In this document: positions 1 through 12,673 of the stretch, piece after piece
Position numbering within the stretch: position 1 is the first letter of the stretch
Layout: each line of letters starts with the position of its first letter
Source of the DNA: Eledone cirrhosa
Taxonomy: Eukaryota
Length of the DNA stretch: 64,000 nt
Direction: 5' to 3'
Assembly: GCA_964016885.1 (NCBI GenBank)
Contig: OZ024752.1
Span: 33,232,001 to 33,296,000, forward strand
Position numbers and translations under genes: made by a program
Notes under the pieces: model-generated
The model's database searches: none
What the model saw: the letters and a program-made list of their open reading frames with translations, nothing else
Told to the model about the DNA's origin: nothing

Positions 1-185
1 CAAACCGGTTGCAACCGGCAACTTTAAGGCATTGTTTTCAAAATAAATAATATCAAAATCTCATAGATTCGATATTATGTGAGATAAAGCCTTTTCTATG
101 AAAATACAACAGTAAATATAGAGTAATGTATATGCTAAAGGGTTAATACTATTATTATAAGTTCCTTACCGTTTTCTTCCTACAG

Positions 186-281
186 TTGTTCTACACACCA
201 ATGGCACTATTTTCCCCAGTATCAATATATTTGGTACATGAACAATTAAACCTTCTTTATCAGTTTTGGATTCACACTGAA
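186..281 (+). CDS. AGMO: Alkylglycerol monooxygenase, internal coding exon (upstream exons lie outside the window)
   Basis: tacag|...|gtaagt; translates LFYTPMALFSPVSIYLVHEQLNLLYQFWIHTE, matching the AGMO NLLYQFWIHTE motif; 96 nt, phase 0-0. Confidence 0.93.
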
Positions 282-1084
282 GTAAGTTATTCATGGCAAT
301 TATTTCTTTCTATAAAATTATAAAATTCTACCTAAACTTTTTGATATGAAACCACCTGAAGCTGCCTCTGATTCTGTCATACATCATCATCACCACCATC
401 ATCGTTTAACATCTATTTTCCATGCTAGCATGGGTTAGATGAGTTGCCCCATTTGAGGCAAGTCAGGTCAGCTGATCATGTCTTGCTCATACAGAACCGA
501 TTCTGGCTTGGTTTCTACAGCTGGATGCCCTTCCTAATGCCAACCAAATTTATAGTGTGTGCTGTAGAAAAAGATATGTTTAGTAATGTGATCCTGGATT
601 TCTTGAATATAGGGATGGTCGTCGCTAGAATCTCTTTCATTCAGTTCATAAGTCTGCTCATTCAGGACTGACCTAGGGTAAACAACAACAATAACAACAC
701 CTATTGTGTGTATGTGAACATAATGTGTTTTGCTATGAATACTGTTCATGCAAGCAAAGCCAAAAGCAGTGAAGCCACAAGGCCTAATGGTTAGGATGTT
801 GGACTTATCTTAACTATAATGTCATCAATTAGATTCCTGGACATATTGCTGCATTGTGCTCTTGAGCATAACACTTTATTTCCCATTGCTTCAGTATACT
901 CAGCTGAGAGTAAGTACCAGCAGTAGCTTGGGGGAATTAAACCTGTGATAGACTGGCATCCTATCCAGGGAGAGTCTTGTACTCTCAGTTATTTAATGCC
1001 AGGAAAACCGGAGATAAGCACCAGCCTATTGTGCCTTTGGCTTAGAATGGACTTTAACTAACTTTAACAGAGTTTCTCCAGATA

Positions 1085-3125
1085 TCATACAATGACCACT
1101 ACATCTAATACAATGACCACTACATCTAATCCAATGACCAGTACATCTAATCCAATGACCACTATATCTAACACCAATAACCACTACATCTAACACCAAT
1201 GACCACTATATCTAACACCAATAACCACTACATCTAACACCAATGACCACTATATCTAACACCAATGACCACTATATCTAACACCAATGACCACTACATC
1301 TAACACCAATGACCACTACATCTAACACCAATGACCAGTACATCTAATCCAATGAGCAGTACATCTAATCCAATGACCAGTACATCTAATACAATGACCA
1401 CTACATCTAATACAATGACCACTACATCTAATCCAATGACCAGTACATCTAATACAATGACCACTACATCTAATCCAATGACCACTACATCTAATACAAT
1501 GACCACTATATCTAATCCAATGACCAGTACATCTAATACAATGACCACTACATCTAATACAATGACCACTATATCTAATCCAATGACCACTACATCTAAT
1601 ACAATGACCAGTACATCTAATAAAATGACCAGTACATCTAATCCAATGACCACTACATCTAATACAATGACCAGTATATCTAACACCAATGACCACTACA
1701 TCTAACACCAATGACCACTACATCTAACACCAATGACCACTATATCTAACACCAATGACCACTACGTCTAACACCAATGACCAGTATATCTAACACCAAT
1801 GACCACTACATCTAACACCAATGACCACTACATCTAACACCAATGACCACTACATCTAACACCAATGACCACTATATCTAACACCAATGACCACTACATC
1901 TAACACCAATGACCACTATATCTAACACCAATGACCACTATATCTAACACCAATGACCACTATATCTAACACCAATGACCACTATATCTAACACCAATGA
2001 CCACTACATCTAACACCAATGACCAGTATATCTAACACCAATGACCACTATATCTAACACCAATGACCACTATATCTACCACCAATGACCACTACATCTA
2101 ACACCAATGACCACTATATCTAACACCAATGACCACTATATCTAACACCAATGACCACTACATCTAACACCAATGACCACTACATCTAACACCAATGACC
2201 AGTACATCTAACACCAATGACCACTACATCTAACACCAATGACCACTACATCTAACACCAATGACCACTACATCTAACACCAATGACCACTACATCTAAC
2301 ACCAATGACCATTATATCTAACACCAATGACCACTACATCTAACACCAATGACCAGTATATCTAACACCAATGACCAGTACATCTAACACCAATGACCAG
2401 TATATCTAACACCAATGACCACTACATCTAACACCAATGACCACTACATCTAACACCAATGACCATTATATCTAACACCAATGACCACTACATCTAACAC
2501 CAATGACCAGTATATCTAACACCAATGACCAGTACATCTAACACCAATGACCAGTATATCTAACACCAATGACCACTACATCTAACACCAATGACCACTA
2601 CATCTAACACCAATGACCACTACATCTAACACCAATGACCACTACATCTAACACCAATGACCACTATATCTAACACCAATGACCACTACATCTAACACCA
2701 ATGACCACTACATCTAACACCAATGACCACTACATCTAACACCAATGACCAGTATATCTAACACCAATGACCACTATATCTAACACCAATGACCACTACA
2801 TCTAACACCAATGACCACTACATCTAACACCAATGACCACTATATCTAACACCAATGACCACTACATCTAACCCCAATGACCACTATATCTAACACCAAT
2901 GACCACTACATCTAACACCAATGACCACTACATCTAACACCAATGACCACTATATCTAACACCAATGACCACTACATCTAACACCAATGACCACTATATC
3001 TAACACCAATGACCACTACATCTAACCCCAATGACCACTATATCTAACACCAATGACCACTATATCTAACCCCAATGACCACTACATCTAACTCCAATGA
3101 CCAGTAGCACCTTACACCAATGACC
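1085..3125. repeat. Minisatellite of 21/22-bp units (atctaa[t/ca]ccaatgaccactac), roughly 90 copies
   Basis: Direct reading; 21-bp units dominate about 1335-1680 and 22-bp units elsewhere. Confidence 0.97.
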
Positions 3126-3169
3126 AATACATTTATAACAAATGCTTTATTTTCATTTCATTCTTTCAG

Positions 3170-3302
3170 TATGTTAAATCCCTTGGACCACTGGAATATA
3201 TTATAAACACACCTAGTCACCACAGAGTTCACCACGGCAGAAATCCTTATTGTATTGACAAAAATTATGGTGGAAGTCTTATAATCTGGGACAGAATGTT
3301 TG
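3170..3302 (+). CDS. AGMO: AGMO coding exon with His-box
   Basis: ttcag|...|gtaaac; [44 protein letters not shown](G), containing the fatty-acid-hydroxylase HHRVHH motif. Confidence 0.95.
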
Positions 3303-3659
3303 GTAAACCCTCAGAATATATTTTTGTTTTCTAAATATTTCTTATTATGATTCAAGAATCTTTTGTTAAATGTTTTTTTTTTTATTATAAAAAAAAAGTT
3401 TTCTGAAAACAAATGGTAAATAATTTTGTAGTAAGAAAGAAAAAAAAAGGAATTAAATAATGAAAGTAAGGGGGATGAGGGGGAAGCTGATTTTCAAGCT
3501 CTGTCTCGGCAGTATATCTCAGGAGCACCCCATAGACAACAGCCAGTGACACCCACTGCATCAACCACTCCACCTCATGGGGCTCTTTCTTCAGGCAGGA
3601 TGTACTCTTCTCAATGCAGAGGAGAAAAAGATAGTTAAATACCAGGTCCTGACCAACCA

Positions 3660-4124
3660 TTTTCCTTTCGTGCAAATCACCACTGAGACCTCTGCTGTCC
3701 TCGGTCCTTAAACAGCTGGTTTCTTTTCATGCAAATCACCATTGAGACCTCGCCTGTCCTTTGTCCCTAAACTGCTGTTTTCCTTTCATGCAAATCACCA
3801 CTGATACCTCTGCTGTCCTCGGTCCTTAAACAGCTGGTTTCTTTTCATGCAAATCACCACTGAGACTTCTGCTGTCCTCGGTCCTTAAACAGCTGGTTTC
3901 CTTTCATGCAAGTCACCATTGAGACCTCTCCTGTCCTTGGCCCATAAACTGCTGTTTTCCTTTCATGCAAGTCACCATTGAGACTTCTGCTGTCCTTTGT
4001 CCCTAAACAGCTGTTTTCCTTTCATGCAAGTCACCATTCACACCTCTGCTGTCCTTGGTCCCTAAACAGCTGTTTTCCTTTCATGCAAGTCACCATTCAA
4101 ACCTCTGCTGTCCTTGGTCCCTAA
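3660..4124. repeat. 59-bp tandem repeat, about 8 copies
   Basis: Unit tttcatgcaaatcaccactgagacctctgctgtcctcggtccttaaacagctggtttct with variants. Confidence 0.93.
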
Positions 4125-4354
4125 CGCCAATCACTTGATGGTATATATGAGATGCCTTTTATCATGGTACCATCACTACCACCTGACAGGACTGGGTATT
4201 TTTTTATCATAGCACCATTAATACTATTCTACATAATGGGCTAGGTGCACTTTACATATTAAATACATTTAAAATATTTTATAATAAAGAACTTCACCTC
4301 ATTGTCATAATTATTTCAAATTTAATTATGTTTTTAACTAATGCTCACACACAG

Positions 4355-4434
4355 GGACTTTTCAAAGTGAAAAAGAACAAGTGATTTATGGTCTGATTAC
4401 ACAAGTCAATACCTTTGGACCTTTTAAAATTCAA
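4355..4434 (+). CDS. AGMO: AGMO coding exon
   Basis: acag|...|gtaagg; (G)TFQSEKEQVIYGLITQVNTFGPFKIQ; phase joins the previous exon. Confidence 0.92.
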
Positions 4435-4999
4435 GTAAGGATTTTAAAGTAATAATATGAAAATATTGTATTTCTGTCTATTTCTAACATCCAATAACTT
4501 TAACCCTTTAGCATTTACATTACTCTATATATACTTTTGTATTTACTATTATATTTCCGTGGTAAAGGCTTTACCTCACATAATATTGAATCTATAATAT
4601 TTTGATATTATTTATTTTGAGAACAATACCTTAATATAAATTAAATGCTACATCCTTTGTAGTTGAATGAAACACGTAAATCAATTAAATAATATATAAA
4701 TCCTTTAGCATTTAAACCGGCTATATCTGGCCAGAATTCTCTCACCTCTTTCTGTTCAAACCGGCTGTAACTGGCTGCTCATACTTATGTTAATGTATTG
4801 TTCTCAAAATAAATATCAAAATCTCATAGATTTGATATTATGTGAGATAAAGTATTTACCGTGAAAATACAATAGTAAATATAAAGTAATGTAAATGCTA
4901 AGGGGTTAAAATGTATTGAATCTTGGTGATTTTTTCATTAATATATATATATGATATATATGTATATATTTAATCAACAAAATTATTAACCATCTTGCC

Positions 5000-5925
5000 A
5001 ACAACAAACCTGAGCACCTTTTTGATTTCCATGTGTCTAACACACGTGGGCATGCCTACAAAGTCAGAAAACAACACAGCTCCCATGACTTTCGGAAACA
5101 TTTTTTCACGCTCAGAATTGCTGAAGCATGGAACAAACTACCTGCATCAGTTGTTAGCTGTCGAGACACTGCATCCTTTAAAACCTCCATGGAACAAACT
5201 ACCTGCATCAGTTGTTAGCTGTCGAGACACTGCATCCTTTAAAACCTCCATGGAACAAACTCCCTGCATCAGTTGTTAGCTGTCGAGACACTGCATCCTT
5301 TAAAACCTCCATGGAACAAACTACTTGCATCAGTTGTTAGCTGTCGAGACACTGCATCCTTTAAAACCTCCATGGAACAAACTCCCTGCATCAGTTGTTA
5401 GCTGTCGAGACACTGCATCCTTTAAAACCTCCATGGAACAAACTCCCTGCATCAGTTGTTAGCTGTCGAGACACTGCATCCTTTAAAACCTCCATGGAAC
5501 AAACTCCCTGCATCAGTTGTTAGCTGTCGAGACACTGCATCCTTTAAAACCTCCATGGAACAAACTACCTGCATCAGTTGTTAGCTGTCGAGACACTGCA
5601 TCCTTTAAAACCTCCATGGAACAAAGTCCCTGCATCAGTTGTTAACTGTCGAGACACTGCATCCTTTAAAACCTCCATGGAACAAACTACCTGCATCAGT
5701 TGTTAGCTGTCGAAACACTGCATCCTTTAAAACCTCCATGCTTCCTGAGATTCGCCAACACTACACCTGATGTCCCCTCTCCATACACATGCACACATGT
5801 ATACCATGACTCATACATTGTTCAATTTCCTGACATTTCTACATTATTCTATGTACTATACATGCACCTTTGATGAGTTGTAGTGCAGCCGAGCACTGTA
5901 CACAATAATTTCTTTATTATTGTTA
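5000..5925 (+). mobile_element. 3' end of a CR1-type LINE with an internal 61-bp tandem expansion (10 copies, 5127-5740)
   Basis: TRGHAYKVRKQH...RKHFFTLRIAEAWNKLPASVV...SFK is the typical CR1 ORF2 C-terminus; the same 3' UTR and (tta)n tail recur at about 15340-15460. Confidence 0.8.
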
Positions 5926-5933
5926 TTTTACAG

Positions 5934-6053
5934 CTTACCTACTGGAAGAACATCTGGAATAAATGGCAACAAGGTGGAAATCTTTTTTATGCTCTATTCA
6001 AGGGTCCAAGTTGGATTCCAGGACAAAACTCAAAAGATGTTAACATACCTGAG
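5934..6053 (+). CDS. AGMO: AGMO coding exon
   Basis: ttacag|...|gtaact; LTYWKNIWNKWQQGGNLFYALFKGPSWIPGQNSKDVNIPE (AGMO FKGPGWxPG motif). Confidence 0.92.
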
Positions 6054-6596
6054 GTAACTATATTAGATTACAAAATACCCAAGGTAAATATTTTAGATAA
6101 CAAAATACCTGAGGTAACTATATTGGATTACAAAATACTAGATGTAAATATTTTAGATTACGAAATACCTGAGCTAAATATTTTTATTTTAAGATACTGA
6201 GGTAAATATTTTAAATTACAAAATACATCAGGTAAATATTTTAGAGTGTAAAATACCTGAGGTAAATATTTTAAATTACAAAATACCTCAGGTAAATATT
6301 TTAGATTACGAAATACCTGAGGTAAATATTTTAGATTTTAAGATACCTGAGGTAAATATTTTAAATTACAAAATACCTGAGAATATTTCAGATTACAAAA
6401 TACTTGAGGTAAATATTTTAGCTTACAAAATACCTGAGGTAAATATTTTAAATTACAAAATACCTGAGAATATTTCAGATTACGAAATACCTGAGGTAAA
6501 TATTTTAGCTTACAAAATACCTGAGGTAAATATTTTAAATTACAAAATACCTGAGGTAACTATTTTAGATTATGAAATACCTGAGGTAAATATTAC
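6045..6596. repeat. 30-bp minisatellite spanning the AGMO exon/intron junction, about 18 copies
   Basis: Unit atacctgag|gtaaatattttagattacaaa. Confidence 0.93.
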
Positions 6597-6876
6597 AACT
6601 CCATGAAATGGGTTCCAAAGGACTAACTTGGATGCTTCCAGTTGAGGGCATCGCACACAATGACCAGATATGTGGAATAGTCTTTGTCTGACTTTTGGCA
6701 GGTCTCCATGTGTAACATATTATGACAACTGAAATATCTCAGGGAAAATACACTGGGCTATTTATTTCCATTCCTAGATCGGAATGTGGCCTAAACATTT
6801 CGAGAGAATGTTGAAAGACTAGTTATACCATTTATGTAGGAACTAGTGGGGGTATATTTATTATACTTACATACAT

Positions 6877-8170
6877 AACGGTTTCTGGTATAGGCACAAG
6901 ACCAACAATTTTGGCAGGAGGAGAATCGACCCCAGTGCATTACTGGTACTTTATTTTATCGACCCCGTAAGAACGAAAGGCAAAGCTAACCTTGGTGGGA
7001 TTAATGATAATGGCTTTTAATTTAGGAACAAGACCAACAATTTTGGGGGAGAGGAAAGTTGATTAAATCTACTTCAGTGTATTACTGGTACTTTATTTTA
7101 TCGACCCCGTAAGAACGAAAGGCAAAGCTAACCTTGGTGGGATTAATGATAATGGCTTTTAATTTAGGAACAAGACCAACAATTTTGGGGGAGAGGAAAG
7201 TCGATTAAATCTACTTCAGTGTATTACTGGTACTTTATTTTATCGACCCCGTAAGAACGAAAGGCAAAGCTAACCTTGGTGGGATTAATGATAATGGCTT
7301 TTAATTTATGAACAAGACCAACAATTTTGGGGGAGAGGAAAGTCGATTAAATCGACTTCAGTGTATTACTGGTACTTTATTTTATCGACCCCGTAAGAAC
7401 GAAAGGCAAAGCTAACCTTGGTGGGATTAATGATAATGGCTTTTAATTTAGGAACAAGACCAACAATTTTGGGGGAGAGGAAAGTCGATTAAATCTACTT
7501 CAGTGTATTACTGGTACTTTATTTTATCGACCCCGTAAGAACGAAAGGCAAAGCTAACCTTGGTGGGATTAATGATAATGGCTTTTAATTTAGGAACAAG
7601 ACCAACAATTTTGGGGGAGAGGAAAGTTGATTAAATCTACTTCAGTGTATTACTGGTACTTTATTTTATCGACCCCGTAAGAACGAAAGGCAAAGCTAAC
7701 CTTGGTGGGATTAGTAATAATGGCTTTTAATTTAGGAACAAGACCAACAATTTTGGGGGAGAGGAAAGTCGATTAAATCTACTTCAGTGTATTACTGGTA
7801 CTTTATTTTATCGACCCCGTAAGAACGAAAGGCAAAGCTAACCTTGGTGGGATTAATGATAATGGCTTTTAATTTAGGAACAAGACCAACAATTTTGGGG
7901 GAGAGAAAAGTCGATTAAATCTACTTCAGTGTATTACTGGTACTTTATTTTATCGACCCCGTAAGAACGAAAGGCAAAGCTAACCTTGGTGGGATTAATG
8001 ATAATGGCTTTTAATTTAGGAACAAGACCAACAATTTTGGGGAAGAAGAAAGTCGATTAAATCTACTTCAGTGTATTACTGGTACTTTATTTTATCGACC
8101 CTGTAAGGATGAAAGGCAAAGCTAATATTAGCAGGATTTGAACTCAGAATCTAAAGGGACATAACTAATA
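6877..8170 (-). repeat. 142-bp tandem array (about 9 copies) derived from a MetaSINE-like SINE 3' half
   Basis: tactggtac recurs at 6941, 7083, 7225 ... 8077; reverse complement contains ctttgcctttc...ggggtcgataaaataaagtaccagta. Confidence 0.9.
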
Positions 8171-8213
8171 AATAATCTTCTACAGTGACTTTTATTTCCT
8201 TTTTCATTCCTAG

Positions 8214-8330
8214 ATACAATATCCAGTGCGGAAGTATAGCACACAAGTTTCCAACTGGTGTAGTGTGTATGTTCTACTACATTTCACTGTAATTATGTAT
8301 TTGTTCCTCTGGATTTTGAGCACCAAACAT
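8214..8330 (+). CDS. AGMO: AGMO coding exon
   Basis: cctag|...|gtaagt; IQYPVRKYSTQVSNWCSVYVLLHFTVIMYLFLWILSTKH, a hydrophobic segment; phase 0-0. Confidence 0.88.
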
Positions 8331-8390
8331 GTAAGTTCTCTCTTGTATTTACTTTAAAATAAGAAAACAAAAGAAAAGAGGTGGAGGCAT

Positions 8391-8845
8391 TGTATAGCCA
8401 GTTCTGGACTTGCCTATAAGCTATAGCTTAGGAGATGAGGCTCAGTGTAGTCAGTGCTGGACTTGCCTATAGGCTATAGCTTAGGGAATGAGGCTCAGTG
8501 TAGCCAGTGCTGGACTTGCCTATAAGCTATAGCTTAGGGAATGAGGCTCAGTGTAGCCAGTGCTGGACTTGCCTATAAGCTATAGCTTAGGGAATGAGGC
8601 TCAGTGTAGCCAGTGCTGGACTTGCCTATAAGCTATAGCTTAGGGAATGAGGCTCAGTGTAGCCAGTGCTGGACTTGCCTATAAGCTATAGCTTAGGGAA
8701 TGAGGCTCAGTGTAGCCAGTGCAGGACTTGCCTATAAGCTATAGCTTAGGGAATGAGGCTCAGTGTAGCCAGTGCAGGACTTGCCTATAAGCTATAGCTT
8801 AGGGGATGAGGCTCAGTGTAGCCAGTGCTGGACTTGCCTATAGCT
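8391..8845. repeat. 53-bp tandem repeat, about 8.5 copies
   Basis: Unit gtgtagccagtgctggacttgcctataagctatagcttagggaatgaggctca. Confidence 0.95.
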
Positions 8846-9110
8846 TAAAGCCACACACCCTCGGAGGCCTCATTAAAAAAAATATTTCAATTTTATCATT
8901 AGTTAACACTAAACCATGAGAGAGAGAAAATGAGAAAGAGATATAGGGGAAGAATCAACCCTAGTACTACACTGGTACTTTTTTTATCGACCTTGAAAGG
9001 ATGACTGGCAAAATTGACCTTGGCGGGATTTAAACTCAGAGAGCAGAGAGTCGGAACTAACACCATAAAGCATTCTATTCAATGCTCTAACGACTCTGCC
9101 AATTTGCCGC

Positions 9111-9142
<32 letters not shown>

Positions 9143-9217
9143 TTTTATTTCTATTTTTCCCATCCTTTCATGTTTTCCTATTAACTCTCTTCCTCACTAC
9201 CTCTCGGAGTTCCACCC

Positions 9218-9257
9218 AACTTCCTGATGAAGGACTTCTGTCCGAAACGTCATAACC
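9218..9257 (+). ncRNA. Minimal hammerhead ribozyme core, stem I degenerate
   Basis: CTGATGA-aggac-ttct-gtcc-GAAA-cg-TC at 9224-9251; the flanks do not pair well. Confidence 0.5.
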
Positions 9258-9359
9258 TCCCCACTCTCACCAAGTGTGAAACTAATAACATTATGTACTA
9301 TTGACTCCTGCGTTTGTTTGTTTATTTGTCCTTTTAAACTGTATAGATATATATATATA

Positions 9360-9604
9360 ATAGTAGAACACTGGTAGGTTATATCCGTAGTAGTAGAGCA
9401 CTCAGTCCATGGGATGAGTTTGGTATAAGTAGTTCCACAACAGTTAGTTCACCATACCAAGAACAAATGTTTCACCTTATTCAGATCCTCAGCTCGGTCT
9501 AAATGAAGTTGTACGTACAACTTCATACAGACCAAGCTGAGGATCTTAATAAGGTGAAACATTTGTTCTTGGTATTGTGAACTAACTGTAGTGGAACTAC
9601 TTCT
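9360..9604. mobile_element. Miniature palindromic PLE-type terminal fragment (inverted repeat 9427-9602 plus about 65-nt left tail) between (TA)n tracts
   Basis: 88-bp arms centred on gtac|gtac (9514/9515) with a few mismatches; each arm carries a hammerhead. Confidence 0.7.
9531..9573 (+). ncRNA. Type I minimal hammerhead ribozyme (mirror copy on - strand at 9456-9498)
   Basis: accaag-CTGAGGA-tcttaataaggt-GAAA-c-attt-g-TT^cttggt; stem I accaag/cttggt; GUU triplet. Confidence 0.72.
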
Positions 9605-9786
9605 ATATATATATATACACACACACACACTTTATTGTAAACATAAAAAAATAATTATATTTTATTCGAGAAGGGCCTCAAATTTCATATAGCTTAGGGC
9701 CTCTGCAGATGGAAGTCTGTCCCCCCGCTGCTGTTGAGAACAAATTATTTAAATGACCAATTTTGATCTTCTTTTGTTCTTTCTAG

Positions 9787-9869
9787 TTGATGGCACAAGA
9801 ATCAATGCTAGCAGTTTTGGTGTTCATTATTTATTCTCTATCCTGCTTTGGTAATATCTTTGACCAGAC
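9787..9869 (+). CDS. AGMO: AGMO coding exon
   Basis: ttctag|...|gtaagt; LMAQESMLAVLVFIIYSLSCFGNIFDQ, similar to vertebrate LTLTSIGFLLDQ. Confidence 0.88.
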
Positions 9870-9950
9870 GTAAGTTGATGTAATAGTTTTATTTTAATGT
9901 TGTTTGTTATTGTGGTCAATAGATAGCCCTCATCCAGCTATGATATAACA

Positions 9951-10822
9951 CAGAGGTCTCCAGCCACTGGACCGGTACCAGTCCGTGGATTATTTGCTAG
10001 CGGGCCACAAAGAAATAATTAACTTGTTTCAAATTATATAATAGATAAATTGAATATTGGATTTTAATTTAAAAAGATTTGTTTAACCCTTTAGCATTTA
10101 AACTGGCCATATCCAGCCAGAATTCTCTCACGTCTTTCTGTTCAAACCAGCTGTAACCGGCCACTCATACCAATGTTAAGGTATTGTTCTCAAAATAAGT
10201 AATATCAAAATCTCATAGATTCAATATAATTGTTTCTACTTACTTTTGGCACAAGGCCAGTAATTACCCAGTACATTACTGGTGCTTTATTTTATCGACC
10301 CCGTAAGGATAAAAGGCAAAGTTAACCTCGGCGGGATTTGAATTGATATAATCTGAGATAATTATGTGAGGTAAGACCTTTACTCTATATTTACTATTAT
10401 ATTTTCATGGTAATCATCATCACCGTTTTACGGCTTGATTTCTACAGCTGGATGCCCTTCCTAACACCAACCTCATTTACAGTGAGTGCTGGGTGCTTTT
10501 TCGTGGCGCCTACATGTCCACTTTACAGTGTGGGCTGGGTGCTTTTTTGCTGTGGCACCTCCACGACCACCTTGCAGTGGGGGGGGGGCATATTGTCTAT
10601 ATGCTTCAGCTTGTACCCATGGGAGGTCGGGTACTCTGTAATGTAAATGCTAAAGGGTTAAATATTCAATATTCATCAACTCAATACACTTTTTCTTCCC
10701 TTTAATAAAGTGCTCTTTTTATTGAAATGCACTTAAATAACTCATATGTGCAACTACCGGTTTGTGGAAAGATTGTCCAGCCTCAAGCCAGTCCGTGGTA
10801 TAAAAAAAGTTGGAGACCACTG
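9951..10822. mobile_element. hAT (Charlie-like) MITE with nested MITE/SINE insertions
   Basis: Termini cagaggtctcca... and ...tggagaccactg; 8-bp flanks atataaca / acataaca (7/8 match, TSD). Confidence 0.75.
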
Positions 10823-11532
10823 ACATAACAGACCTCCAATACATAGAGAGTCTGTGTGATTTACAGAAACTGTGACCCAGATATACTAGTGGTAAAAAAA
10901 ATCTCTCAGAAGAGCCAGACAGCAAAAGGTTTTCAGAGAAGAACTTCCCCACCACCACCTCAAGCATTTCGGCCCTTAACCTCTACAAGATTAGAAACAC
11001 AGCCATATTAAACCTTCTAATATACAGTGGTTATTGTTGTTGTTGTTCTTACCTTTCTTTATAATTGTTACCAAGATGTATTTTCAATATTATTTGAAAC
11101 AAATATTTTTTAAACAAGTAAAAATTTCTGAAAATATGTACGTGTGTATAATATGACCTATCTTTTTTTTTTTTCCTTGTATTATACATTAGAAAATACT
11201 GTACAAAGTATGAGACTTGGTCAAATGTTGTTTCTAGAAATGCTTGTTTTTGCTATTGTTTTTTCAAAATAGTTATATATTCTACCAGGAGTTGCTACCA
11301 GTAGTAGTGTCAGCAATGGAAAGATTGTTTCCTTGGTCTGATTTAATGATTCCACCCCACTCAGTAAGCAAATGGAGTCTGGGATCTTGTTGACCGATTC
11401 CATCCCAACCCTGCCAAAAAAAATTTGTAAATGGTGCCCCAGCATGGCCTCAGCTGAATGGCTGGAACAGCTAAAAGAGTAAAGCATTATTAAGCCTGTT
11501 GCTTTCTAACTCATTGCCATATTATATATATA

Positions 11533-11912
11533 GGAGGCACATGGCTTAGTGGTTAGAGCATTGGCCTTGCAATTGCGAGTTCAATTCTCAGACCGGGTGA
11601 TGTGTTTCCTTGAGCAAGACACTTTATTTCACATTGCTCCAGTTTACTCAGCTGCAGAAATGAGATGATAGGACTGGGGTCCCTATCGTTCCACTGCAAA
11701 GTGGTCACGGAGGTGCCACAGCAAAAAAGCACCCAGCCCACACTGTAAAGTGGACCTGTAGGCGCCACGAAAAAAAAGCACCCAGCACTCACTTTAAATG
11801 AGGTTGGTGTTAGGAAGGGCATCCAGCTGTAGAAATCAAGCCAGAATCAGTTCCCGTCCCACCCTTGCAAGCAGGGAAAAGTGGTCGTAAAATGATGATG
11901 TTGATGATGATG
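11533..11912 (+). mobile_element. tRNA-derived CORE-type SINE with RTE-derived 3' tail; related copies at 22567-22919 (-), 18397-18740 (+), 771-1060 (+)
   Basis: A-box-like tggcttagtggtt, B-box-like gagttcaattct, core ccttgagcaagacactt, tail ggaagggcatccagctgtagaaa...(gat)n shared with RTE 3' UTRs in this window. Confidence 0.82.
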
Positions 11913-12199
11913 ATATATATATATATTTTTATATACAATTAATGATGTCGTAAACCATCATCATGATTATCATAATCATTTTTATGTTGACTTCTCCATA
12001 CTGACATGGGTTGGAATAGGACTTTTTGCAGCTGGGTGCCCTTCCTGAAATGAACAGTTTTAGTCTCTTCTAACGACATGCAGATTAAGAAAGGTGTTCC
12101 CATGTTGGGTATCGAACCCAGGAATCCTAAATATATATAGAATATATATTTAACTCATCCTAAGGTTCCATATCAGCCATATATACCCAAGGTAGCATC

Positions 12200-12397
12200 T
12201 ATGAGGCTCAGCTGAAATGTTCATAGGCTGACCAAGATACTCTCATGGAATGACCAAATGAGGTTTATTTTTCAATATAGTCCTTAGAAAAAAACAATGC
12301 AGTTATTAATAAGAAGAGTTGAATTCAATGCATGCAAGATTTCACAGCTCTAGTATCACTCCTTCATAGTCAGCCTATGGACTAACTGACCCTCATA
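12200..12397. mobile_element. Probable mariner/Tc1-type MITE (degenerate)
   Basis: Imperfect ~33-bp TIRs tatgaggctcagctgaaatgttcataggctgac / gtcagcctatggactaactgaccctcata, TA at the ends. Confidence 0.55.
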
Positions 12398-12462
12398 TAG
12401 TACTTCATTGTATACTTTCTCTGACTAAATATTTTTTTTGTTTTTTCTTTTTTCTCATTTAG

Positions 12463-12673
12463 TTCTTACGCTACATACATGGAGATCTTTCGGTGTGGCT
12501 TTATTTTGGGTTTAAGCCAATTTACAAACTTTCAGTTCCTCACAGATATTTATAAAGATATCATTACATCGTTAATACTTTGGTTCTATGGCTTGTCAAC
12601 TCTTGCTTGGATTCTGAGCTTCGTATTTGGTACCAGCAAACAGCCATTAAAAGACGATGAAAAAAAAGATTAA
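12463..12673 (+). CDS. AGMO: AGMO last coding exon
   Basis: Long pyrimidine tract then ag; SYATYMEIFRCGFILG...DDEKKD*, similar to vertebrate AIMETLRC; phase 2 matches the previous exon. Confidence 0.9.

Noticed and set aside
1300-1711. Thr/Ser mucin-like and Val/Ile-rich ORFs
   Set aside because: Arise from the 21-bp block of an intronic minisatellite
11533-11610. tRNA genes
   Set aside because: A/B-box-like heads continue into SINE core and LINE-derived tails; no complete cloverleaf seen
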